A stretch of 64,000 bases of DNA, taken from Eledone cirrhosa (Eukaryota). The position numbers and the translations under genes were made by a program. The DNA lies in NCBI GenBank assembly GCA_964016885.1, contig OZ024741.1, forward strand, positions 4,278,001 to 4,342,000. The letters run 5' to 3'. Shown one piece after another: positions 13,701 through 26,400 of this stretch; position 1 is the first letter of the stretch; every line of letters begins with the position of its first letter. The notes beneath the pieces are model-generated. The model was not told where the DNA came from and did not search any database. It worked only from the letters and a program-made list of their open reading frames with translations.

Positions 13701-16700
13701 TACTGTTGGACTATCAGAGATAGTTACTGTGATGTTTGAACTAGTAACCTTGTGTAAAACTATCAGAGATAGTTACTGTGATGTAAGAACTAGTAACCTA
13801 CTGTTGGGGTATGAGAGATAGTTACTGTGATGTAGGAAATAGTAATCTACTGTAGGACTATCAGAGATAGTTACTGGGATGTAGGAACTAGTAACCTACT
13901 GTTGTAGTATCAGAGATAGTTGGTGTGATGTAGGAACTAGTAACCTACTGTAGGACTATCAGAGATAGTTGGTGTGATGTAGGAACTAGTAACCTACTGT
14001 AGGACTATCAGAGATAGTTGGTGTGATGTAGGAACTAGTAACCTACTGTAGGACTATCAGAGATAGTTGGTGTGATGTAAGAACTAGTAACCTACTGTAG
14101 GATTATCAGAGATAGTTGGTGTGATGTAGGAACTAGTAACCTACTGTTGGACTAACAGAAATAGTTGGTGTAATGTAAGAACTAGTAACCTACTGTAGGA
14201 CTATCAGAGATAGTTACTATGATGTAAGAACTAGTAACCTACTGTAGGAGTATCAGAGATAGTTGGTGTGATGTAGGAACTAGTAACCTACTGTAGGACT
14301 ATAAGAGATAGTTGTTGTGATGTATGAACTAGTAACCTACTGTTGGACTATCAGAGATAGTTACTGTGATGTAGGAACTAGTAACCTAATGTAGGACTAT
14401 CAGAGATAGTTACTGTGATGTAGGAACTAGTAACCTACAGTTGGACTATCAGAGATAGTTGGTGTGATGTAGGAACTAGTAACCTAATGTAGGACTATCA
14501 GAGATAGTTACTGTGATCTAGGAACTTGTAACCTACTGTTGGACTATCAGAGATAGTTTCTTATGATGTAGGAACTAATAACCTAATGTAGGACTATCAG
14601 AGATAGTTGGTGTAATGTAGGAACTAGTAACCTACTGTAGGACTGTCAGAGATAGTTGGTGTGATGTAGGAACTAGTAACCTACTGTAGGACTGTCAGAG
14701 ATAGTTAGTGTGATGTAGGAACTAGTAACCTACTGTAGGACTATCAGAGATAGTTGGTGTGATGTAGGAACTAGTAACCTACTGTAGGACTATCAGAGAT
14801 AGTTGGTGTGATGTAGGAACTAGTAACCTACTGTAGGACTATCAGAGATAGTTACTGTGATGTAGGAACTAGTAACCTAATGTAGGACTATCAGAGATAG
14901 TTACTGTGATGTAAGAACTAGTAACCTACTGTAGGACTATCAGAGATAGTTGGTGTGATGTAGGAACTAGTAACCTACTGTAGGACTATAAGAGATAGTT
15001 GTTGTGATGTATGAACTAGTAACCTAGTGTTGGACTATCAGAGATAGTTACTGTCATGTAGGAACTAGTAACCTACTGTAGGACTATCAGAGATAGTTGC
15101 TGTGATGCAGGAACTAGTAACCTACTGTAGGCCTATCAGAGATAGTTACTGTGATATAGGAACTAGTAACCTACTGTTGGACTATCAGAGATAGTTGGTG
15201 TGATGTAGGAACTAGTAACCTACTGTAGGACTATCAGAGATAGTTGGTGTGATGTAGGAACTAGTAACCTACTGTAGGACTATCAGAGATAGTTACTGTG
15301 ATGTAGGAACTAATAACCTACTGTTGGACTATCAGAGATAGTTACTGTGATGTAGGAACTAGTAACCTACTGTTGGACTATCAGAGATAGTTGGTGTGAT
15401 GTAGGAACTAGTAACCTACTGTTGGACTATCAGAGATAGTTGGTGGGTTGTAGGAACTAGTAACCTAGTGTAGGACTATTAGAGATAGTTGGTGTGATGT
15501 ATGAACTAGTAACCTACTGTAGGACTATCAGAGATAGTTACTGTGATGTAGGAACTAGTAACCTACTGTTGGACTATCACTGATAGTTGGTGGGTTGTAG
15601 GAACTAGTAACCTAGTGTAGGACTATTAGAGATAGTTGGTGTGATGTAGGAAATAGTAACCTACTGTAGGAGTATCAGAGACAGTTGGTGTGATGAAGGA
15701 ACTAGTAACCTACCTTTGGACTATCAGAGATAGTCACTGTGATGTATGAACTAGTAACCTACTGTAGGACTATCAGAGATAGTTACTGTGATGTAGGAAC
15801 TAGTAACCTACTGTTGGACTATCAGAGATAGTTACTGTGATGTAGGAACTAGTAACCTACTGTAGGCCTATCAGAGATAGTTGGTGTGATGAAGGATCTA
15901 GTAACCTACTGTTGGACTATCAGAGATAGTTACTGTGATGTAGGAACTAGTAACCTACTGTTGGACTATCAGAGATAGTTGGTGTGATGTAGAAACTAGT
16001 AACGTACTGTTGGACAATCAGAGATAGTTACTGTGATGTAGGAACTAGTAACCTACTGTAGGACTATCAGAGATAGTTACTGTGATGTAGGAACTAGTAA
16101 GCTACTGTAGGACTATCAGAGATAGTTACTGTGATGTAGGAACTAGTAACCTACTGTTGGACTATCAGAGATAGTTAGTGTGATGTAAGAACTAGTAACC
16201 TACTGTAGGACTATCAGAGATAGTTACTGTGATGTAGGAACTAGTAACCTACTGTTGGACTATCAGAGATAGTTACTGTGATGTAGGAACTAGTAACCTA
16301 GTGTAGCACTATCAGAGATAGTTACTGTGATGTAGGAACTAGTAACCTACTGTAGGACTATCAGAGATAGTTGGTGTGATGAAGGATCTAGTAACCTACT
16401 GTTGGACTATCAGAGATAGTTACTGTGATGTAGGAACTAGTAACCTACTGTTGGACTATCAGAGATAGTTGGTGTGATGTAGAAACTAGTAACCTACTGT
16501 TGGACTATCAGAGATAGTTACTGTGATGTAGGAACTAGTAACCTACTGTAGGACTATCAGAGATAGTTACTGTGATGTAGGAACTAGTAACCTACTGTAG
16601 GACTATCAGAGATAGTTACTGTGATGTAGGAACTAGTAACCTACTGTTGGACTATCAGAGATAGTTACTGTGATGTAGGAACTAGTAACCTTGTGTAAAA

Positions 16701-17269
16701 CTATCAGAGATAGTTACTGTGATGTAAGAACTAGTAACCTACTGTTGGGGTATGAGAGATAGTTACTGTGATGTAGGAAATAGTAATCTACTGTAGGACT
16801 ATCAGAGATAGTTACTGGGATGTAGGAACTAGTAACCTACTGTAGGACTATCAGAGATAGTTGGTGTGATGTAGGAACTAGTAACCTACTGTAGGACTAT
16901 CAGAGATAGTTACTGTGATGTAGGAACTAGTAACCTAATGTAGGACTATCAGAGATAGTTACTGTGATGTAAGAACTAGTAACCTACTGTAGGACTATCA
17001 GAGATAGTTGGTGTGATGTAGGAACTAGTAACCTACTGTAGGACTATAAGAGATAGTTGTTGTGATGTATGTACTAGTAACCTAGTGTTGGACTATCAGA
17101 GATAGTTACTGTCATGTAGGAACTAGTAACCTACTGTAGGACTATCAGAGATAGTTGCTGTGATGTATGAACTAGTAACCTAGTGTTGGACTATCAGAGA
17201 TAGTTACTGTCATGTAGGAACTAGTAACCTACTGTTGGACTATCAGAGATAGTTACTGTGATATAGGAA

Positions 17270-18000
17270 CTAGTAACCTACTGTTGGACTATCAGAGATA
17301 GTTGGTGTGATGTAGGAACTAGTAACCTAATGTAGGACTATCAGAGATAGTTACTGTGATCTAAGAACTAGTAACCTACTGTAGGACTATCAGCGATAGT
17401 TACTGTGATGTAGGAACTAATAACCTACTGTTGGACTATCAGAGATAGTTGGTGTGATGTAGGAACTAGTAACCTACTGTAGGACTATCAGAGATAGTTG
17501 GTGTGATGTAGGAACTAGTAACCTAATGTAGGACTATCAGAGATAGTTACTGTGATCTAAGAACTAGTAACCTACTGTAGGACTATCAGCGATAGTTACT
17601 GTGATGTAGGAACTAATAACCTACTGTTGGACTATCAGAGATAGTTGGTGTGATGTAGGAACTAGTAACCTACTGTTGGACTATCAGAGATAGTTGGTGT
17701 GATGTAGGAACTAGTAACCTAATGTAGGACTATCAGAGATAGTTACTGTGATCTAAGAACTAGTAACCTACTGTAGGACTATCAGCGATAGTTACTGTGA
17801 TGTAGGAACTAATAACCTACTGTTGGACTATCAGAGATAGTTGGTGTGATGTAGGAACTAGTAACCTACTGTAGGACTATCAGAGATAGTTACTGTGATC
17901 TAAGAACTAGTAACCTACTGTAGGACTATCAGCGATAGTTACTGTGATGTAGGAACTAATAACCTACTGTTGGACTATCAGAGATAGTTGGTGTGATGTA
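17270..18000. repeat. Nested 4-mer (196-bp) sub-HOR, four copies with the last a 3-mer; repeated at ~23830-24560 and ~27800-28530
   Basis: CAGCGAT at 17391, 17587, 17783, 17930 (196, 196, 147), each linked to GATCTAAG upstream and ACTAATAACC downstream. Confidence 0.8.
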
Positions 18001-21000
18001 GGAACTAGTAACCTACTGTAGGACTATCAGAGATAGTTGATGTAATGTAGGAACTAGTAACCTACTGTAGGACTGTCAGAGATAGTTGGTGTGATGTAAG
18101 AACTAGTAACCTACTGTAGGACTATCAGAGATAGTTGGTGAGATGTAGGAACTAGTAACCTACTGTTGTAGTATCAGAGATAGTTACTGTGATGTAGGAA
18201 CTAGTAACCTACTGTAGGACTATCAGAGATAGTTGGTGTGATGTAGGAACTAGTAACCTACTGTTGGACTATCAGAGATAGTTGGTGTGATGTAGGAACT
18301 AGTAACCTACTGTCGGACTATCAGAGATAGTTACTGTGATGTAGGAACTAGTAACCTACTGTTGGACTATCACTGATAGTTGATGGGTTGTAGGAACTAG
18401 TAACCTAGTGTAGGACTATTAGAGATAGTTGGTGTGATGTATGAACTAGTAACCTACTGTAGGACTATCAGAGATAGTTACTGTGATGTAGGAACTAGTA
18501 ACCTACTGTTGGACTATCACTGATAGTTGGTGGGTTGTAGGAACTAGTAACCTAGTGTAGGACTATTAGAGATAGTTGGTGTGATGTAGGAAATAGTAAC
18601 CTACTGTAGGAGTATCAGAGATAGTTGGTGTGATGAAGGAACTAGTAACCTACCTTTGGACTATCAGAGATAGTCACTGTGATGTATGAACTAGTAACCT
18701 ACTGTAGGACTATCAGAGATAGTTACTGTGATGTAGGAACTAGTAACCTACTGTTGGACTATCAGAGATAGTTACTGTGATGTAGGAACTAGTAACCTAC
18801 TGTAGGCCTATCAGAGATAGTTGGTGTGATGAAGGATCTAGTAACCTACTGTTGGACTATCAGAGATTGTTACTGTGATGTAGGAACTAGTAACCTACTG
18901 TTGGACTATCAGAGATAGTTGGTGTGATGTAGAAACTAGTAACCTACTGTTGGACAATCAGAGATAGTTACTGTGATGTAGGAACTAGTAACCTACTGTA
19001 GGACTATCAGAGATAGTTACTGTGATGTAGGAACTAGTAATCTACTGTAGGACTATCAGAGATAGTTACTGTGATGTAGGAACTAGTAACCTACTGTTGG
19101 ACTATCAGAGATAGTTACTGTGATGTAAGAACTAGTAACCTACAGTAGGACTATCAGAGATAGTTACTGTGATGTAGGAACTAGTAACCTACTGTTGGAC
19201 TATCAGAGATAGTTACTGTGATGTAGGAACTAGTAACCTAGTGTAGCACTATCAGAGATAGTTACTGTGATGTAGGACCTAGTAACCTACTGTAGGACTA
19301 TCAGAGATAGTTGGTGTGATGAAGGATCTAGTAACCTACTGTTGGACTATCAGAGATAGTTACTGTGATGTAGGAACTAGTAACCTACTGTTGGACTATC
19401 AGAGATAGTTGGTGTGATGTAGAAACTAGGAACCTACTGTTGGACTATCAGAGATAGTTACTGTGATGTAGGAACTAGTAACCTACTGTAGGACTATCAG
19501 AGATAGTTGCTGTGATGCAGGAACTAGTAACCTACTGTAGGACTATCAGAGATAGTTACTGTGATGTAGGAACTAGTAACCTACTGTAGGACTATCAGAG
19601 ATAGTTGCTGTGATGCAGGAACTAGTAACCTACTGTAGGACTGTCAGAGATAGTTACTGTGATGTAGCAACTAGTAATCTACTGTTGGACTATCAGAGAT
19701 AGTTACTGGGATGTAGGAACTAGTAACCTACTGTTGGACTATCAGAGATAGTTATTGGGATGTAGGAAATAGTAATCTACTGTTGGACTATCAGAGATAG
19801 TTACTGTGATGTAGGAACTAGTAACCTACAATAGGACAATCAGAGATAGTTACTGTGATGTAAGAACTAGTAACCTACTGTAGGACTATCAGAGATAGTT
19901 ACTGTGATGTAGGAACTAGTAACCTACTGTAGGACTATCAGAGATATTTACTGTAATGTAAGAACTAGTAATCTACTGTAGGACTATCAGAGATAGTTAC
20001 TGTGATGTAGGAACTAGTAACCTACTGTTGGACTATCAGAGATAGTTACTGTGATGTAAGAACTAGTAACCTACAGTAGGACTATCAGAGATAGTTACTG
20101 TGATGTAGGAACTAGTAACCTACTGTTGGACTATCAGAGATAGTTACTGTGATGTAGGAACTAGTAACCTAGTGTAGCACTATCAGAGATAGTTACTGTG
20201 ATGTAGGACCTAGTAACCTACTGTAGGACTATCAGAGATAGTTGGTGTGATGAAGGATCTAGTAACCTACTGTTGGACTATCAGAGATAGTTACTGTGAT
20301 GTAGGAACTAGTAACCTACTGTTGGACTATCAGAGATAGTTGGTGTGATGTAGAAACTAGTAACCTACTGTTGGACTATCAGAGATAGTTACTGTGATGT
20401 AGGAACTAGTAACCTACTGTAGGACTATCAGAGATAGTTGCTGTGATGCAGGAACTAGTAACCTACTGTAGGACTATCAAAGATAGTTACTGTGATGTAG
20501 GAACTAGTAACCTACTGTAGGACTATCAGAGATAGTTGCTGTGATGCAGGAACTAGTAACCTACTGTAGGACTGTCAGAGATAGTTACTGTGATGTAGCA
20601 ACTAGTAATCTACTGTTGGACTATCAGAGATAGTTACTGGGATGTAGGAACTAGTAACCTACTGTTGGACTATCAGAGATAGTTATTGGGATGTAGGAAA
20701 TAGTAATCTACTGTTGGACTATCAGAGATAGTTACTGTGATGTAGGAACTAGTAACCTACTATAGGACAATCAGAGATAGTTACTGTGATGTAAGAACTA
20801 GTAACCTACTGTAGGACTATCAGAGATAGTTACTGTGATGTAGGAACTAGTAACCTACTGTAGGACTATCAGAGATATTTACTGTAATGTAAGAACTAGT
20901 AACCTACTGTTGGACTATCGGAGATAGTTACCGGGATGTAGGAACTAGTAACCTACTGTTGTAGTATCAGAGATAGTTGGTGTGATGTAGGAACTAGTAA

Positions 21001-23474
21001 CCTACTGTAGGACTATCAGAGATAGTTGGTGTGATGTAGGAACTAGTAGCCTGCTGTAGGACTATAAGAGATAGTTGGTGTGATGTAAGAACTAGTAACC
21101 TACTGTAGGATTATCAGAGATAGTTGGTGTGATGTAGGAACTAGTAACCTACTGTTGGACTAACAGAGATAGTTGGTGTAATGTAAGAACTAGTAACCTA
21201 CTGTAGGACTATCAGAGATAGTTACTGTGATGTAAGAACTAGTAACCTACTGTAGGAGTATCAGAGATAGTTGGTGTGATGTAGGAACTAGTAACCTACT
21301 GTAGGACTATAAGAGATAGTTGTTGTGATGTATGAACTAGTAACCTACTGTTGGACTATCAGAGGTAGTTACTGTGATGTAGGAACTAGTAACCTAATGT
21401 AGGACTATCAGAGATAGTTACTGTGATGTAGGAACTAGTAACCTACAGTTGGACTATCAGAGATAGTTGGTGTGATGTAGGAACTAGTAACCTAATGTAG
21501 GACTATCAGAGATAGTTACTGTGATCTAGGAACTTGTAACCTACTGTTGGACTATCAGAGATAGTTTCTTATGATGTAGGAACTATTAACCTACTGTTGG
21601 ACTATCAGAGATAGTTGGTGTGATGTAGGAACTAGTAACCTACTGTAGGACTATCAGAGATAGTTGGTGTAATGTAGGAACTAGTAACCTACTGTAGGAC
21701 TGTCAGAGATAGTTGGTGTGATGTAGGAACTAGTAACCTACTGTAGGACTGTCAGAGATAGTTGGTGTGATGTAGGAACTAGTAACCTACTGTAGGACTA
21801 TCAGAGATAGTTGGTGTGATGTAGGAACTAGTAACCTACTGTAGGACTATCAGAGATAGTTGGTGTGATGTAGGAACTAGTAACCTACTGTAGGACTATC
21901 AGAGATAGTTACTGTGATGTAGGAACTAGTAACCTACTGTTGGACTATAAGAGATAGTTGGTGTGATGTAGGAACTAGTAACCTACTGTTGGACTATCAG
22001 AGATAGTTGGTGTGATGTAGGAACTAGTAATCTACAGTAGGACTATCAGAGATAGTTGGTGATGTAGGAACTAGTAACCTACTGTAGGACTATCAGAGAT
22101 AGTTACTGTGATGTAAGAACTAGTAACCTACTGTAGGATTATCAGAGATAGTTGGTGTGATGTAGGAACTAGTAACCTACTGTTGGACTATCAGAGATAG
22201 TTGGTGTAATGTAAGAACTAGTAACCTACTGTAGGACTATCAGAGATAGCTACTGTGATGTAAGAACTAATAAACTAGTGTTGGACTATCAGAGATAGTT
22301 GGTGTGATGTAGGAACTAGTAATCTACTGTAGGACTATCAGAGATAGTTGTTGTGATGTATGAACTAGTAACCTACTGTTGGACTATCAGAGATAGTTGG
22401 TGATGTAGGAACTAGTAACCTACTGTAGGACTATCAGAGATAGTTACTGTGATGTAGGAACTAGTAACCTAATGAAGGACTATGAGAGATAGTTACTGTG
22501 ATGTAGGAACTAGTAACCTACTGTTGGACTATAAGAGATAGTTGGTGTGATGTAGGAACTAGTAACCTACTGTTGGACTATCAGAGATAGTTGGTGTGAT
22601 GTAGGAACTAGTAATCTACAGTAGGACTATCAGAGATAGTTGGTGATGTAGGAACTAGTAACCTACTGTAGGACTATCAGAGATAGTTACTGTGATGTAG
22701 GAACTAGTAACCTAATGTAGGACTATCAGAGATAGTTACTGTGATGTAAGAACTAGTAACCTACTGTAGGATTATCAGAGATAGTTGGTGTGATGTAGGA
22801 ACTAGTAACCTACTGTTGGACTATCAGAGATAGTTGGTGTAATGTAAGAACTAGTAACCTACTGTAGGACTATCAGAGATAGCTACTGTGATGTAAGAAC
22901 TAATAAACTAGTGTTGGACTATCAGAGATAGTTGGTGTGATGTAGGAACTAGTAATCTACTGTAGGACTATCAGAGATAGTTGTTGTGATGTATGAACTA
23001 GTAACCTACTGTTGGACTATCAGAGATAGTTGGTGATGTAGGAACTAGTAACCTACTGTAGGACTATCAGAGATAGTTACTGTGATGTAGGAACTAGTAA
23101 CCTACTGTAGGACTATCAGAGATAGTTACTGTGATGTAGGAACTAGTAACCTACTGTAGGACTATCAGAGATAGTTACTGTGATGTAGGAACTAGTAACC
23201 TACTGTTGGACTATCAGAGATAGTTACTGTGATGTAGGAACTAGTAACCTTGTGTAAAACTATCAGAGATAGTTACTGTGATGTAAGAACTAGTAACCTA
23301 CTGTTGGGGTATGAGAGATAGTTACTGTGATGTAGGAAATAGTAATCTACTGTAGGACTATCAGAGATAGTTACTGGGATGTAGGAACTAGTAACCTACT
23401 GTAGGACTATCAGAGATAGTTGGTGTGATGTAGGAACTAGTAACCTACTGTAGGACTATCAGAGATAGTTACTG

Positions 23475-26400
23475 TGATGTAGGAACTAGTAACCTAATGT
23501 AGGACTATCAGAGATAGTTACTGTGATGTAAGAACTAGTAACCTACTGTAGGACTATCAGAGATAGTTGGTGTGATGTAGGAACTAGTAACCTACTGTAG
23601 GACTATAAGAGATAGTTGTTGTGATGTATGTACTAGTAACCTAGTGTTGGACTATCAGAGATAGTTACTGTCATGTAGGAACTAGTAACCTACTGTAGGA
23701 CTATCAGAGATAGTTGCTGTGATGTATGAACTAGTAACCTAGTGTTGGACTATCAGAGATAGTTACTGTCATGTAGGAACTAGTAACCTACTGTTGGACT
23801 ATCAGAGATAGTTACTGTGATATAGGAACTAGTAACCTACTGTTGGACTATCAGAGATAGTTGGTGTGATGTAGGAACTAGTAACCTAATGTAGGACTAT
23901 CAGAGATAGTTACTGTGATCTAAGAACTAGTAACCTACTGTAGGACTATCAGCGATAGTTACTGTGATGTAGGAACTAATAACCTACTGTTGGACTATCA
24001 GAGATAGTTGGTGTGATGTAGGAACTAGTAACCTACTGTAGGACTATCAGAGATAGTTGGTGTGATGTAGGAACTAGTAACCTAATGTAGGACTATCAGA
24101 GATAGTTACTGTGATCTAAGAACTAGTAACCTACTGTAGGACTATCAGCGATAGTTACTGTGATGTAGGAACTAATAACCTACTGTTGGACTATCAGAGA
24201 TAGTTGGTGTGATGTAGGAACTAGTAACCTACTGTTGGACTATCAGAGATAGTTGGTGTGATGTAGGAACTAGTAACCTAATGTAGGACTATCAGAGATA
24301 GTTACTGTGATCTAAGAACTAGTAACCTACTGTAGGACTATCAGCGATAGTTACTGTGATCTAAGAACTAATAACCTACTGTTGGACTATCAGAGATAGT
24401 TGGTGTGATGTAGGAACTAGTAACCTACTGTAGGACTATCAGAGATAGTTACTGTGATCTAAGAACTAGTAACCTACTGTAGGACTATCAGCGATAGTTA
24501 CTGTGATGTAGGAACTAATAACCTACTGTTGGACTATCAGAGATAGTTGGTGTGATGTAGGAACTAGTAACCTACTGTAGGACTATCAGAGATAGTTGAT
24601 GTAATGTAGGAACTAGTAACCTACTGTAGGACTGTCAGAGATAGTTGGTGTGATGTAAGAACTAGTAACCTACTGTAGGACTATCAGAGATAGTTGGTGA
24701 GATGTAGGAACTAGTAACCTACTGTTGTAGTATCAGAGATAGTTACTGTGATGTAGGAACTAGTAACCTACTGTAGGACTATCAGAGATAGTTGGTGTGA
24801 TGTAGGAACTAGTAACCTACTGTTGGACTATCAGAGATAGTTGGTGTGATGTAGGAACTAGTAACCTACTGTCGGACTATCAGAGATAGTTACTGTGATG
24901 TAGGAACTAGTAACCTACTGTTGGACTATCACTGATAGTTGATGGGTTGTAGGAACTAGTAACCTAGTGTAGGACTATTAGAGATAGTTGGTGTGATGTA
25001 TGAACTAGTAACCTACTGTAGGACTATCAGAGATAGTTACTGTGATGTAGGAACTAGTAACCTACTGTTGGACTATCACTGATAGTTGGTGGGTTGTAGG
25101 AACTAGTAACCTAGTGTAGGACTATTAGAGATAGTTGGTGTGATGTAGGAAATAGTAACCTACTGTAGGAGTATCAGAGATAGTTGGTGTGATGAAGGAA
25201 CTAGTAACCTACCTTTGGACTATCAGAGATAGTCACTGTGATGTATGAACTAGTAACCTACTGTAGGACTATCAGAGATAGTTACTGTGATGTAGGAACT
25301 AGTAACCTACTGTTGGACTATCAGAGATAGTTACTGTGATGTAGGAACTAGTAACCTACTGTAGGCCTATCAGAGATAGTTGGTGTGATGAAGGATCTAG
25401 TAACCTACTGTTGGACTATCAGAGATTGTTACTGTGATGTAGGAACTAGTAACCTACTGTTGGACTATCAGAGATAGTTGGTGTGATGTAGAAACTCGTA
25501 ACCTACTGTTGGACAATCAGAGATAGTTACTGTGATGTAGGAACTAGTAACCTACTGTAGGACTATCAGAGATAGTTACTGTGATGTAGGAACTAGTAAT
25601 CTACTGTAGGACTATCAGAGATAGTTACTGTGATGTAGGAACTAGTAACCTACTGTTGGACTATCAGAGATAGTTACTGTGATGTAAGAACTAGTAACCT
25701 ACAGTAGGACTATCAGAGATAGTTACTGTGATGTAGGAACTAGTAACCTACTGTTGGACTATCAGAGATAGTTACTGTGATGTAGGAACTAGTAACCTAG
25801 TGTAGCACTATCAGAGATAGTTACTGTGATGTAGGACCTAGTAACCTACTGTAGGACTATCAGAGATAGTTGGTGTGATGAAGGATCTAGTAACCTACTG
25901 TTGGACTATCAGAGATAGTTACTGTGATGTAGGAACTAGTAACCTACTGTTGGACTATCAGAGATAGTTGGTGTGATGTAGAAACTAGTAACCTACTGTT
26001 GGACTATCAGAGATAGTTACTGTGATGTAGGAACTAGTAACCTACTGTAGGACTATCAGAGATAGTTGCTGTGATGCAGGAACTAGTAACCTACTGTAGG
26101 ACTATCAGAGATAGTTACTGTGATGTAGGAACTAGTAACCTACTGTAGGACTATCAGAGATAGTTGCTGTGATGCAGGAACTAGTAACCTACTGTAGGAC
26201 TGTCAGAGATAGTTACTGTGATGTAGCAACTAGTAATCTACTGTTGGACTATCAGAGATAGTTACTGGGATGTAGGAACTAGTAACCTACTGTTGGACTA
26301 TCAGAGATAGTTATTGGGATGTAGGAAATAGTAATCTACTGTTGGACTATCAGAGATAGTTACTGTGATGTAGGAACTAGTAACCTACAATAGGACAATC

